In this document: piece by piece, positions 9,129-18,400 of the stretch | Layout of the letters: each line of letters opens with the position of its first letter | Numbering within the stretch: position 1 is the first letter of the stretch | NCBI GenBank assembly: GCA_945878785.1 | Contig: CAMDVC010000001.1 | Coordinates: 1 to 41,518 of the forward strand | Reading direction: 5' to 3' | Source of the DNA: Bifidobacterium breve | GTDB lineage: Bacteria > Actinomycetota > Acidimicrobiia > Acidimicrobiales > Ilumatobacteraceae | DNA length: 41,518 nt | Made by a program: the position numbers and the translations under genes | The notes under the pieces: generated by a model | What the model was told of the DNA's origin: nothing | Databases searched by the model: none | What the model saw: the letters and a program-made list of their open reading frames with translations, nothing else

Positions 9129-9704
9129 CTATTTCGGAGCCGAAACCCCGAGTAATCGGGCGGTCTCTTCGAGGGGAAGGCCGATGATATTGGACATCGA
9201 ACCCGTGGATGAGGCCACCAGGGCACTTCCATGTCCCTGAATGGCATAGGAACCCGCCTTCCCGACAGATTCACCCGTTCCGATGTACCACTCGAGCATT
9301 TCTGGCTGAAGGTCGAGAAAGGTGACGGTCGAACTGACGACCTCGACCTGTTCGCCTTTGGCACTTACCACTGCCACCCCTGTATGGACTTTATGGGTGG
9401 CTCCGCTGAGCCGACGCAGCATCTGGCGGGCGTCATCATCGTCAACAGGTTGACCAAATATGTGCCCATCAAGATCAACCGTGGTGTCAGCGCCAATCAC
9501 GATGGCATGCGAATCGCTGACCGTATATACGGCGCGAGCTTTCTCAAGCGCAAGGCGTTTCACATATGACACGGGGTCTTCGTGTGCCTGAGGAGTTTCA
9601 TCGATATCGGCTGGCACCACAGTGAAGTCGGCAACTAATTGCTTCAACAGTTCAACGCGGCGTGGCGAACGCGATGCAAGCACAACGAAACTCTCAGATT
9701 CCAT
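9129..9704 (-). CDS. maf: Maf-like nucleoside-triphosphate pyrophosphatase
   Basis: VVLASRSPRRVELLKQL...ADIDE...VIGADTVV-like segment...GKAGSYAIQG are typical Maf family signatures. Confidence 0.85.
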   Translation of the reverse strand: MESESFVVLASRSPRRVELLKQLVADFTVVPADIDETPQAHEDPVSYVKRLALEKARAVYTVSDSHAIVIGADTTVDLDGHIFGQPVDDDDARQMLRRLSGATHKVHTGVAVVSAKGEQVEVVSSTVTFLDLQPEMLEWYIGTGESVGKAGSYAIQGHGSALVASSTGSMSNIIGLPLEETARLLGVSAPK

Positions 9705-9739
9705 TCCAGAACTCTACGACGCCCGCACACATCATTGAC

Positions 9740-10042
9740 ATGAGCATCACTGAAGCGTCTAGATTTCAACTACGGACCGCAATGGGTCTGATTCTGAGCG
9801 AGGAGGCAGCTGACACACTTATGGAACTTCTTCCTCCTGTCGGCTGGGCCGACGTCGCTACCAAAACCGACATTCAGCATCTACGTGATGAAATGAAAGC
9901 CGACATGCGTGCTCTTCAGTTGACAATTGAAATCGCTATAGAGAAGCGAATCCACGAGCAAACGAAATGGTTGATCACGACCATGATCGCTATGAACACT
10001 GTGATGCTCGCTGCATCGGTTGCACTGTCGAAACTTATTTAG
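9740..10042 (+). CDS. Small tail-anchored coiled-coil protein (DUF1640-like), hypothetical
   Basis: ORF 9662..10042. The ATG at 9740 gives MSITEASRFQLRTAMGLILSEEAADTLMELLPPVGWADVATKTDIQHLRDEMKADMRALQLTIE...TKWLITTMIAMNTVMLAASVALSKLI, i.e. a helical/coiled-coil region followed by one C-terminal TM helix. It is the only + strand gene inside the 36-kb minus-strand block. Confidence 0.5.
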   Translation: MSITEASRFQLRTAMGLILSEEAADTLMELLPPVGWADVATKTDIQHLRDEMKADMRALQLTIEIAIEKRIHEQTKWLITTMIAMNTVMLAASVALSKLI

Positions 10043-11175
10043 CCGCCGCTTAGCGCCATCTCATGGCCATCATCTGGCACAGTGAGATCATCACGATTAT
10101 CTAAGTAGCCCTCAGGCAACACAACTTTGATTGGACCGTTGGTGTGACCACGCGTAAAGCGTTCTCCACCAGGCAGAAGTGTCATTGCATGATCAAGGTG
10201 TGAAGAGATCTCTTGCAACCGCTCGAACGTTGACACTGTGGCAAATGATCTGCGCACTTCGGAACCAACTGGATATCCGGTGAGATACCAACCGCAATGT
10301 TTGCGGAAATTACGAATGCCATAGTCAGGACCCATGATTGCCATCAGACCTTGTGCATGTTCCTGCATGACATTCAGAACAAAACCAAGATTCGGTGATG
10401 CCTGTACTTCTCTGCCGCTAAACGCATCAACAAGATCACGGAACAACCAAGGCTTGCCAAGGCATCCGCGCCCCACGACAACACCATCGCACCCGGTCTG
10501 TTCCATCATTTCAATGGCATCATGTGCTTCCCAGATATCGCCGTTGCCCAATACAGGAATGCTTGTCACGGCTTGTTTGAGTTCTGCAATCTTTTCCCAA
10601 TGCGAATGGCCTGCATAGTGCTGTTCGGCGGTACGTGCATGCAACGCGATCATTGCAATGCCTTCGTCTTCTGCTGTTTTCCCCGTGTCAAGAAATGTGG
10701 TGAGGTTGTCGTTAATACCAATGCGGAATTTACATGTAATGGGAACACCAAAAGGCTCCGCCGCTTTCACTGCTGCAGCCATAATCGCACGAGTCAGGTT
10801 GCGCTTTACGGGGACAGCGGCTCCACCACCTTTGCGAGTCACTTTCGTCGCAGGGCAACCAAAGTTCATATCAATGTGGTCTGCAATGTCTTGTTCACAT
10901 AACGCACGCACTGCCTTGCCAACAAAGTCAGGATCGCTTCCATAAATCTGCAAGCTACGGAAATCTTCATCAGGGCCAAACGCCACCATCTTCTTCGTTC
11001 TCTCATTGCCATGAACAAGTGCGACAGCCATCACCATTTCACTGACATAAACAAGATCAGGGCCAAACGTTCGACACTGCGCACGAAAAGGAATATTGGT
11101 AACACCAGCCATTGGTGCAAGCACCACCGGAATGGGGAACTCTCTGCCACGAAGGACAAGGGGCAAGCGCGTCAT
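10039..11175 (-). CDS. dus: tRNA-dihydrouridine synthase
   Basis: VVLAPMAGVTNIPFRAQC, DMNFGCPATKV, KFRIG and LHARTAEQHY motifs. The ATG at 11175 overlaps the tsaD stop (ATGA), so the track's upstream start at 11217 is rejected. Confidence 0.85.
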   Translation of the reverse strand: MTRLPLVLRGREFPIPVVLAPMAGVTNIPFRAQCRTFGPDLVYVSEMVMAVALVHGNERTKKMVAFGPDEDFRSLQIYGSDPDFVGKAVRALCEQDIADHIDMNFGCPATKVTRKGGGAAVPVKRNLTRAIMAAAVKAAEPFGVPITCKFRIGINDNLTTFLDTGKTAEDEGIAMIALHARTAEQHYAGHSHWEKIAELKQAVTSIPVLGNGDIWEAHDAIEMMEQTGCDGVVVGRGCLGKPWLFRDLVDAFSGREVQASPNLGFVLNVMQEHAQGLMAIMGPDYGIRNFRKHCGWYLTGYPVGSEVRRSFATVSTFERLQEISSHLDHAMTLLPGGERFTRGHTNGPIKVVLPEGYLDNRDDLTVPDDGHEMALSGG

Positions 11176-12200
11176 CGTGGTACCGCATCTAGTTTGAGAT
11201 TCGGATACGCACCACACGACAAGCTGGTTGGGCCGTCAGAAGCAAGTCTGTGCCACGCAGCAGCGGCAATCATGGCTGCGTTGTCAGTGCACATGTCGCG
11301 ACTCGGCAATGCAACAGTGAAACCTGCAGCAGCGCCGCGTGCTGTCATTTCTGAGCGCAACAATGAGTTGGCGGAGACTCCCCCACCCAACACGATTCCT
11401 TTTGCACCAACTTTTTGTGCTGCACGAATAGTTTTTGCACACAGCACATCAACAACAGCAGCTTGAAAAGAAGCAGCGACATCAACATTTGATACGTCAG
11501 GGTTCTTCTTTACATAGTTAATGACGGAAGTCTTCAGTCCACTAAACGACACGTCAAGACCATCGTGCATCATGGCGCGTGGGAACTCGACAGCATGAGG
11601 GTTTCCGCTTGGCGCAATCTTGTCAATTGCTGGACCACCCGGATACCCAAGTTGCAAATACCGAGCGACTTTGTCGTATGCCTCGCCAGCTGCATCATCA
11701 ATAGTGCGTCCCATGATGGCGTAATCACCATGACCACGCATCTCAATGATCATGGTGTGACCACCAGAAACCAACAGAACGACTAACGGGAATTGCAACG
11801 TGGGGTCATCAAGAAGCCCCGCGTACAAGTGAGCCTCTAGATGATTCACACCAACAAATGGTTTGTCCCACACAAGTGCAAGCGACTTCGCCGCAGACAC
11901 GCCAACAAGTAACGCACCAATAAGACCAGGGCCTGCTGTAGCCGCGACAACATCAACGCGTGGAGGCACGATTCCCGCTTCGGTAATTGCAGCATTAACC
12001 ACCGGAATCAGTGCTTCCAGATGCGCGCGGCTTGCAACTTCGGGCACCACACCACCGAATCGTGCATGAATTTCAATCTGGCTAGAGACGATGGAAGACA
12101 AGACGTCGTTTCCACCCATCACTACTGATGCGGCTGTTTCATCACAACTTGTTTCAATTGCCAAAACAACGGTTGATTCGTTCACTACATGTGAGGTCAT
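11172..12200 (-). CDS. tsaD: tRNA N6-adenosine threonylcarbamoyltransferase TsaD
   Basis: VLAIETSCDETAASVV...VNHLEAHLYA...LLVSGGHT... is the Kae1/TsaD family. The start overlaps the rimI stop (ATGA). Confidence 0.95.
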   Translation of the reverse strand: MTSHVVNESTVVLAIETSCDETAASVVMGGNDVLSSIVSSQIEIHARFGGVVPEVASRAHLEALIPVVNAAITEAGIVPPRVDVVAATAGPGLIGALLVGVSAAKSLALVWDKPFVGVNHLEAHLYAGLLDDPTLQFPLVVLLVSGGHTMIIEMRGHGDYAIMGRTIDDAAGEAYDKVARYLQLGYPGGPAIDKIAPSGNPHAVEFPRAMMHDGLDVSFSGLKTSVINYVKKNPDVSNVDVAASFQAAVVDVLCAKTIRAAQKVGAKGIVLGGGVSANSLLRSEMTARGAAAGFTVALPSRDMCTDNAAMIAAAAWHRLASDGPTSLSCGAYPNLKLDAVPR

Positions 12201-12724
12201 GGTCGTCTCGATTCAATCAGACGAATGCGTTCTAAAAACTCTGGTGTATCAACACCATGCGCCCACATAATGATGGCGTCGTCCTTATTTTCATAGTACT
12301 TCTTGCGTATTCCTGCTGGCACAAAGCCAAAACGCCTGTACAACTGCTGCGCGGCGGTATTGGTGTGCCGAACTTCAAGAGTCATTGCCAAACATCCACG
12401 ATCGCGAGCAAGTATCACAAGATCAAGCATGATTTCAGTGGCCACGCCACGACCCTGCCAATCAGGATCTACCGCGACATTCGTTACGTGAGCGTCGTCG
12501 CCACTAAACATCAGCCCGCCGTAGCCGACCAAAACATCACCGACATACGCAACGAGGTAATACCTGGCACCTTCACGCATCAGTGAAATCTCAGTAACAA
12601 ATGTGCGGTGAGTCCATGGGCGTGGATACAGACCTTCCTCAATCTCCATCACTCGACGAAGATGACGGCGGCGCATTGTTTCTGTGCTCAATGCATCAGT
12701 CATACGTTCACGGAGGAAACTCAT
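12197..12724 (-). CDS. rimI: Ribosomal-protein-alanine N-acetyltransferase (GNAT)
   Basis: GNAT motif VAVDPDWQGRGVATEIM. It occupies the conserved position between tsaB and tsaD, and its start overlaps the tsaB stop (ATGA). Confidence 0.85.
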   Translation of the reverse strand: MSFLRERMTDALSTETMRRRHLRRVMEIEEGLYPRPWTHRTFVTEISLMREGARYYLVAYVGDVLVGYGGLMFSGDDAHVTNVAVDPDWQGRGVATEIMLDLVILARDRGCLAMTLEVRHTNTAAQQLYRRFGFVPAGIRKKYYENKDDAIIMWAHGVDTPEFLERIRLIESRRP

Positions 12725-13425
12725 TGTGCTGCCTCACGAGTTAGCCAATTTATTTCAGCATCAGGTGCGCGCAAATACATCGGCGTGATCTTGCCCGCCC
12801 CTACCGTGTCATCAGCCGCAATACGGTGCGATGCCAGAACTACTACTTGTTGTGCTGTGGGAAAAGCATGTGGCTCGCCAGCCATCAATGCCCACGGCAC
12901 GTCTTCAAACAATGCCGCGTGACGAATAAACCCAGTACCCACACACGTAATGTCTTCACCACGGTCAGCCAAGTGAACCGCCATGTCTTCTGGTGATGAC
13001 ACCACAGGTTCAGTTAAACGAAGTGGCTCCATGCCTACTCCGCGCATGCGATATAACGACCAGTACACCTCGCCACGACGCGCATCAAGTGATGCCGCGA
13101 CCACATTGTCTGACCACTCTGCATTCATGGCAAGCGCATCAAGACTGCACACAGGAACAACAGGAAGCTCTAATGCCCAAGCAAGCGAAGCTGCACTTGC
13201 AATACCCACGCGCATACCGGTGAATAATCCTGGCCCCACATCAACAGCAATTGTTGAGAGATCAGCCATGGTGGCATCTGCTTGTTGTAAAACAAATTGA
13301 ATCATGGGCGTCAATGACTCTGCGTGGCGACGATCACTTGCCAGCATTGAATGCGCACGAATACCGCGATAGTCACCTACCGCCACTCCGACATGGTCAA
13401 CTGATGTTTCAATTCCCAGAATCAT
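12721..13425 (-). CDS. tsaB: tRNA threonylcarbamoyladenosine biosynthesis protein TsaB
   Basis: MILGIETSVDHVGVAV... with an inactive Kae1-like fold. The ATG at 13425 overlaps the tsaE stop (ATGA). The track start at 13437 is a TTG. Confidence 0.85.
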   Translation of the reverse strand: MILGIETSVDHVGVAVGDYRGIRAHSMLASDRRHAESLTPMIQFVLQQADATMADLSTIAVDVGPGLFTGMRVGIASAASLAWALELPVVPVCSLDALAMNAEWSDNVVAASLDARRGEVYWSLYRMRGVGMEPLRLTEPVVSSPEDMAVHLADRGEDITCVGTGFIRHAALFEDVPWALMAGEPHAFPTAQQVVVLASHRIAADDTVGAGKITPMYLRAPDAEINWLTREAAQ

Positions 13426-13913
13426 CGCACTATCCAACTACGCAGTGCATTTTTCAGTAATTCCCAGCGGGTATCCCAGGCATGGCCGTCAACTGCTACC
13501 GAAATCAAACGGGCGTCTTCATCTTCGTCCTCAGCGACAAGAGTAATGCTTAGTCCATCGCCCAAAACTTCAGAAGCGACATCTCCCCATTCAACAAGAC
13601 CAACAGCACCCATGTCGAGCAACTCGCGAATTCCAAGATCTGCAACTTCCGCCAAACTCGTGAGTCGATACAAATCTGCATGGTGCAATGGAATGCGCCC
13701 TGACGTGTACGAATGCACCAATGTAAATGTTGGAGAAGACACATGGTCGTCGCCGTGCACTCCGAGAGCTTTCGCAAAACCAGTTACAAAAGCAGTTTTT
13801 CCTGCACCCATTTCACCAACAAGCACAATGAGGTCTCGTGGTCGAACAACACCAGCTATTGCACCGGCAATGGCATGAGTGTCACCGAGATCAGAAGCAC
13901 GAAGCTCGATCAC
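13422..13913 (-). CDS. tsaE: tRNA threonylcarbamoyladenosine biosynthesis ATPase TsaE
   Basis: Walker A GEMGAGKT and the SPTFTLVHSY motif. The GTG start overlaps the alr stop (GTGA). Confidence 0.85.
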   Translation of the reverse strand: MIELRASDLGDTHAIAGAIAGVVRPRDLIVLVGEMGAGKTAFVTGFAKALGVHGDDHVSSPTFTLVHSYTSGRIPLHHADLYRLTSLAEVADLGIRELLDMGAVGLVEWGDVASEVLGDGLSITLVAEDEDEDARLISVAVDGHAWDTRWELLKNALRSWIVR

Positions 13914-15040
13914 GAGTACCGCCTAAAAATTCGGGGGCTGATTCCACAGACAATCTCATAACCGATTGTGCCGAGCGCTTCGGCCCAGTCATCAGCTGTA
14001 ACGGATTGCTCGCCTTGTTTGCCAATAAGAACGACCTCATCTCCCACCATGACAGACGAATCAGATTCACAATCAATCATCAGTTGATCCATAGTGATAG
14101 TGCCAGCAATAGTGCGTGGAACACCATTCAGCAATACCTGAATGTTGGTACGACCGAGTGCCCGAGGAACGCCATCTGCATATCCGATGGGCACAGTGGC
14201 AATCAGGGAACCTTTGGTCAACGGATGAACTAGCCCGTACGACACAGCCTCGCCAGCTTCAACCCATCGCACTGCAGACACGCGCGCTTTGAGTGACATT
14301 GCAGGAATCAGACCAGCACATAGGTCGGCAACACCTGCACCAGGGCGCAGACCATACATAGCAATTCCGAGGCGAACCATAGTGAACCGACTCGGCTCGT
14401 TCGCAAGAGCCGCAGCGCTATTGGCAGCATGAACAAGTGGCGGATTAATACCGCGAGATGACAAGTCTTCAAGAACAGTGTTAAATGCACTGAGTTGGGC
14501 GGCGTTAGCCGGATGCGACGGATCATCTGCAACTGCGAAGTGTGTATAGACACCTTCAATACTCAATGATTCATACGAGCTGACAAACGAAGCCAGAGAC
14601 ACCGTTTCATTTGGAGCAACACCAACCCGATGCATACCGGTATCAACTTTGATATGCACTTTGATTGTCTGATCAGCAGCAGCCGCAGACGCTGCAAGAA
14701 CAGCAGCAGCACGGGTTGTGGTGACTGTGGGAGTTAGTTGATAGCCAACAATAAGATCAGCAAGTTCTGCAGGTTGTTCACTCAACAACAGAATGGGTGC
14801 AGTGATTCCTGCGCGGCGCAATGCAACACCTTCATCAACGATTGCGACACATAATCCGGTAGCACCACCCGCAAGCGCAGCATTAGCTACTTGAATTGCG
14901 CCGTGACCGTATCCGTTAGCTTTGACAACTGCCCACACCTGAACAGGTGCAGTACGTTGCGCAACAATCGCGACATTGTGAGAGATCAGGCCTGTATGAA
15001 CTTCAGCCCATGCCCAGCGTGTTGAGAAATCAATTGACAT
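13910..15040 (-). CDS. alr: Alanine racemase
   Basis: The PLP-lysine motif AVVKANGYGHG and full-length similarity to the Alr fold pattern (...YGLRP..., ...VSYG...). Confidence 0.9.
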   Translation of the reverse strand: MSIDFSTRWAWAEVHTGLISHNVAIVAQRTAPVQVWAVVKANGYGHGAIQVANAALAGGATGLCVAIVDEGVALRRAGITAPILLLSEQPAELADLIVGYQLTPTVTTTRAAAVLAASAAAADQTIKVHIKVDTGMHRVGVAPNETVSLASFVSSYESLSIEGVYTHFAVADDPSHPANAAQLSAFNTVLEDLSSRGINPPLVHAANSAAALANEPSRFTMVRLGIAMYGLRPGAGVADLCAGLIPAMSLKARVSAVRWVEAGEAVSYGLVHPLTKGSLIATVPIGYADGVPRALGRTNIQVLLNGVPRTIAGTITMDQLMIDCESDSSVMVGDEVVLIGKQGEQSVTADDWAEALGTIGYEIVCGISPRIFRRYS

Positions 15041-15129
15041 GAGCCATCACATCATTCAGTACATCTGAAATAAGACCAACTATCACTCTCTCAGCGTACG
15101 CCCCGTTCAATTACACACCAACGCAATAT

Positions 15130-15495
15130 CTAGAGCGCTGCGACAACCGCCATTGCTGTTGTGTCTGTATGGGTAATAGAGACATGCCATGCAGATACTC
15201 CATGAGCAATGGCAAGAGTCTCTGCCCGGCCTGACACGAGTAAATGAGGTGCCCCGGATGACATCTTTTCAATCGAGACATCGTGGAAATCAAAAGCACC
15301 AAGCCCGACTCCGAGGGCTTTCATCGTGGCCTCACGCACTGCAAAGCGGGCTGCAAGTGACGCAGCATCATCGGTGCGTCCTTCCAGGGAAGTCAATTCT
15401 GCAGTAGTGAATAATCGCTGGCGCAAATGTGGGCGTCGTTCAAGCAACTTACGAAACCGGTCAACATCAACCGCATCAATACCAATACCCAACAT
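15130..15495 (-). CDS. acpS: Holo-[acyl-carrier-protein] synthase
   Basis: MLGIGIDAVDVDRF...FAVREATMKALG... The ATG at 15495 lies 2 nt after the upstream stop, and the track's GTG at 15519 is rejected. Confidence 0.85.
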   Translation of the reverse strand: MLGIGIDAVDVDRFRKLLERRPHLRQRLFTTAELTSLEGRTDDAASLAARFAVREATMKALGVGLGAFDFHDVSIEKMSSGAPHLLVSGRAETLAIAHGVSAWHVSITHTDTTAMAVVAAL

Positions 15496-15497
15496 TT

Positions 15498-18400
15498 CTA
15501 TTGTCCGTCGGTTCGCCACAAGTCGGCGCTCTCAGAAACAGGATTGATGAGCAAGTCCGCAATAGAGACTTCGGCGAGCCTGTCTTCACGGAATGACCCC
15601 TCAGTTTCAGACACCCAGTCAACGAGACGGTCGTAGCGACGGTCGTAGCCTTGCAACACTTGGCGTGCAGTGCCGGCAGCAACCGTGTCGTGGAATGCAA
15701 CATGCAATAACGAAATTCCGACCGTTGTAGAACCATGTACTTCGGGCACAAATATAACAGTGCGTCCATCTTTGCGTCCGCGAGCAACAAGAACTTCTTG
15801 GTCGGCAGCGACACGATGTTTGGTTCCGACAAGGGTTGCATTTGTTGTCACGCGAGATGTGAGATCTTTCGCCACGCCGCCACGATCAATGATGGACACT
15901 GTGGCATTGCGTGCATCGCCTGCAATGGCGTACCGGGTAAAACCTACGACCGATGCAACAGCGGCATCAAGAGCAGCCAACACTTTGAGTGTTGCGTACG
16001 AAAGATTGTCACGCGATGCTCCGGCTTCAAGTACAGCACGAACAAGCGCACGATCAAGAAGCCCTTCTTCGCTTCGCGAGATGCCGACAGTAACGGTCTT
16101 GGCCTGATGTTTGATGGCGTCAATTGGACGTGTCAATTCATCAATGCTGCGCGTGAGTGCATCAATAAGATCATCAAGGAGTGCTGACGGCGAAGCAGTG
16201 CGACCTGTTTGGCGCTGGAATGCTTGCAATGGTTGTGGCCCGGTGACGATGCGAAGAAGAGACACCAAACGAACTGCTGTTGATGCTTCAAGATTGCCGT
16301 CATACTGCCCCGTTGCAAGAACTCGTAAGAACTGCTGAGTGACAGGAACGATTTGCGCTTCTACTTGGGTAAGCGCAGCGTCGCCGCTGCCGCCTCTGCC
16401 AACAACAATTTCCACTACTTCACGTAATTGGCGTAGGGGACGAGCCAGAGCATCAATAGCCAATGCTGCTTCGTAACCGAAGAGGTGCCCCGCCATTGAG
16501 GACAACACGAAGGCAAGTGCCGGGTCAGCTACTGGTACGTACACCACTGCCGCTGCTGCTGAGTCAAAACGAGTTTCACCCTGAGTAGCAAAGACAATAG
16601 GAATAGCCTTATGTGCCTTGAAGATTGCAACTTCTTTTGCCACATCAGTTGCCGTGCCTTCGCTGAGGCCAGCCGCACACACGAGAATCATTGGCTCACA
16701 TGACAGATCAATGTGCTTTTTGTCTTCGGTGACATCACATGAAATTGATTTGTAACACAACTCGGACAATTTGATACGCACTTCGTTCGCCGCAACCGTG
16801 TTTGGTCCGCTGCCCACAACTGCCCAGTAACGCTTAGAGGGTGCATACTTCTGTGCAACGAGACCGATCTCAGTGCGTTGTGCAATCACTGTTTCCATTG
16901 CAGCTGGCATATGAACTAGCGAATCCAAGATGCGATGCATACGGTCAGAATCAACTTTTCCTGTTGCCTGTGCAATAGCGCAGGACAATATTGCTCCAGC
17001 TGCAACCTGTGCGTAGAACGCCTTAGTGCTTGCGACACTCATTTCAATGTCACGACCATCAGATGTGTAATACACACCATGGGCTTTGCTAGATAGTTCG
17101 CTGCCACGGCGATTTATAATTGCCAGCACAGCGGCCCCACGCGATGCAACCAGGTCAACAGTTCTGTTGGTGTCTGTGGTGGTGCCACTTTGACTGACTG
17201 CAATAACCAACATGTCGGACATATCTGTCGACATTGCGAAACCGGATAGTTCAGTTGCAGTTAGTGCCTCAACTTGAATTGATGAATCAAGCAATGAACC
17301 AAGAACTGGAATCAACGATGTGCCGGCAATGGCAGCGGTGCCTTGACCAATGACTCTGATACGGCGAATGGATCCATTAGCCAAACGATCCTTGATTGTT
17401 TTCGGCAGAGTGAATGAATCCAGATCAGGAACAAGTCTGCCATTTACTTCAAGCGTGCGGCCACGAATTGTTTTGCGGAAACTGCGAGGGGCTTCAGTGA
17501 TTTCCTTCAACAGGAAATGCGGTGAATCTCCACGGTCAATGTCGCGTGTTGTTACTTCGGCAACTGCAACGTCACTTTTCGTAACCGGAATCTCTATTCC
17601 GTCGTAGGCAATGCGTGTAATGCCTTCAACTGTGCCTGCGCCGTCAACACGAAGGCGCGCCACTTGGCCACGTGAATTGGGGTCCCCTTCTTTGCGCGGA
17701 GACTCACCATCAAGGCGCACAAAGTGCACTGTCTCTTCAACGGTTCCATATGGCTCGCTAGCAACAATGAAACGATCTTCAGCAAGACCGATGTACAGAC
17801 CTTGACCACTGCCGAACAGTGCCAAGTACATATCGTTAGGGTCACTGGCGGTCATGTAGCCAATAGCGACTGAGCCTTCGAACTGGGTGACGGCATTAAG
17901 GAATGCTGCTTGTGTATCAAGACCTGTGCTTCGGCCACGATCAACGATGGCAGGGATCACTTTCGCATCGGTTGTAATCGGGTCAGCAAAATGCAGGTTG
18001 TGGCGATCTCGTAATTCAGTGTGATTATCAACGTCACCATTCAGAACTGCGACAGACACCTGTTGACCATCAACACCAATTTCTTCACCGGTGACAGGAT
18101 GAGCATTCGGCTCAGAGATAATGCCCACGCTCGCCCATCGCGTATGGCCAAGTACTGCTACACGGGAGTCAGGAACTGAAAGGGCAGTGCGAAGTAATGC
18201 ATCTGCACTCACCGCGTCGCGCATATGCTTTGTATTGTCCCCAAGTTCGCCAATTTCCGCAGCGGCCTTATACACAAACACCAAAGTGGAATCACTGTAA
18301 CGAACACTGGTGTTGGTAAACAACGGATCAGATATACGGCCAGCCATGAGACCAGTCAAATCAGATGACAACGAAGCAAATGAAGGCGATGTGACTAGAA

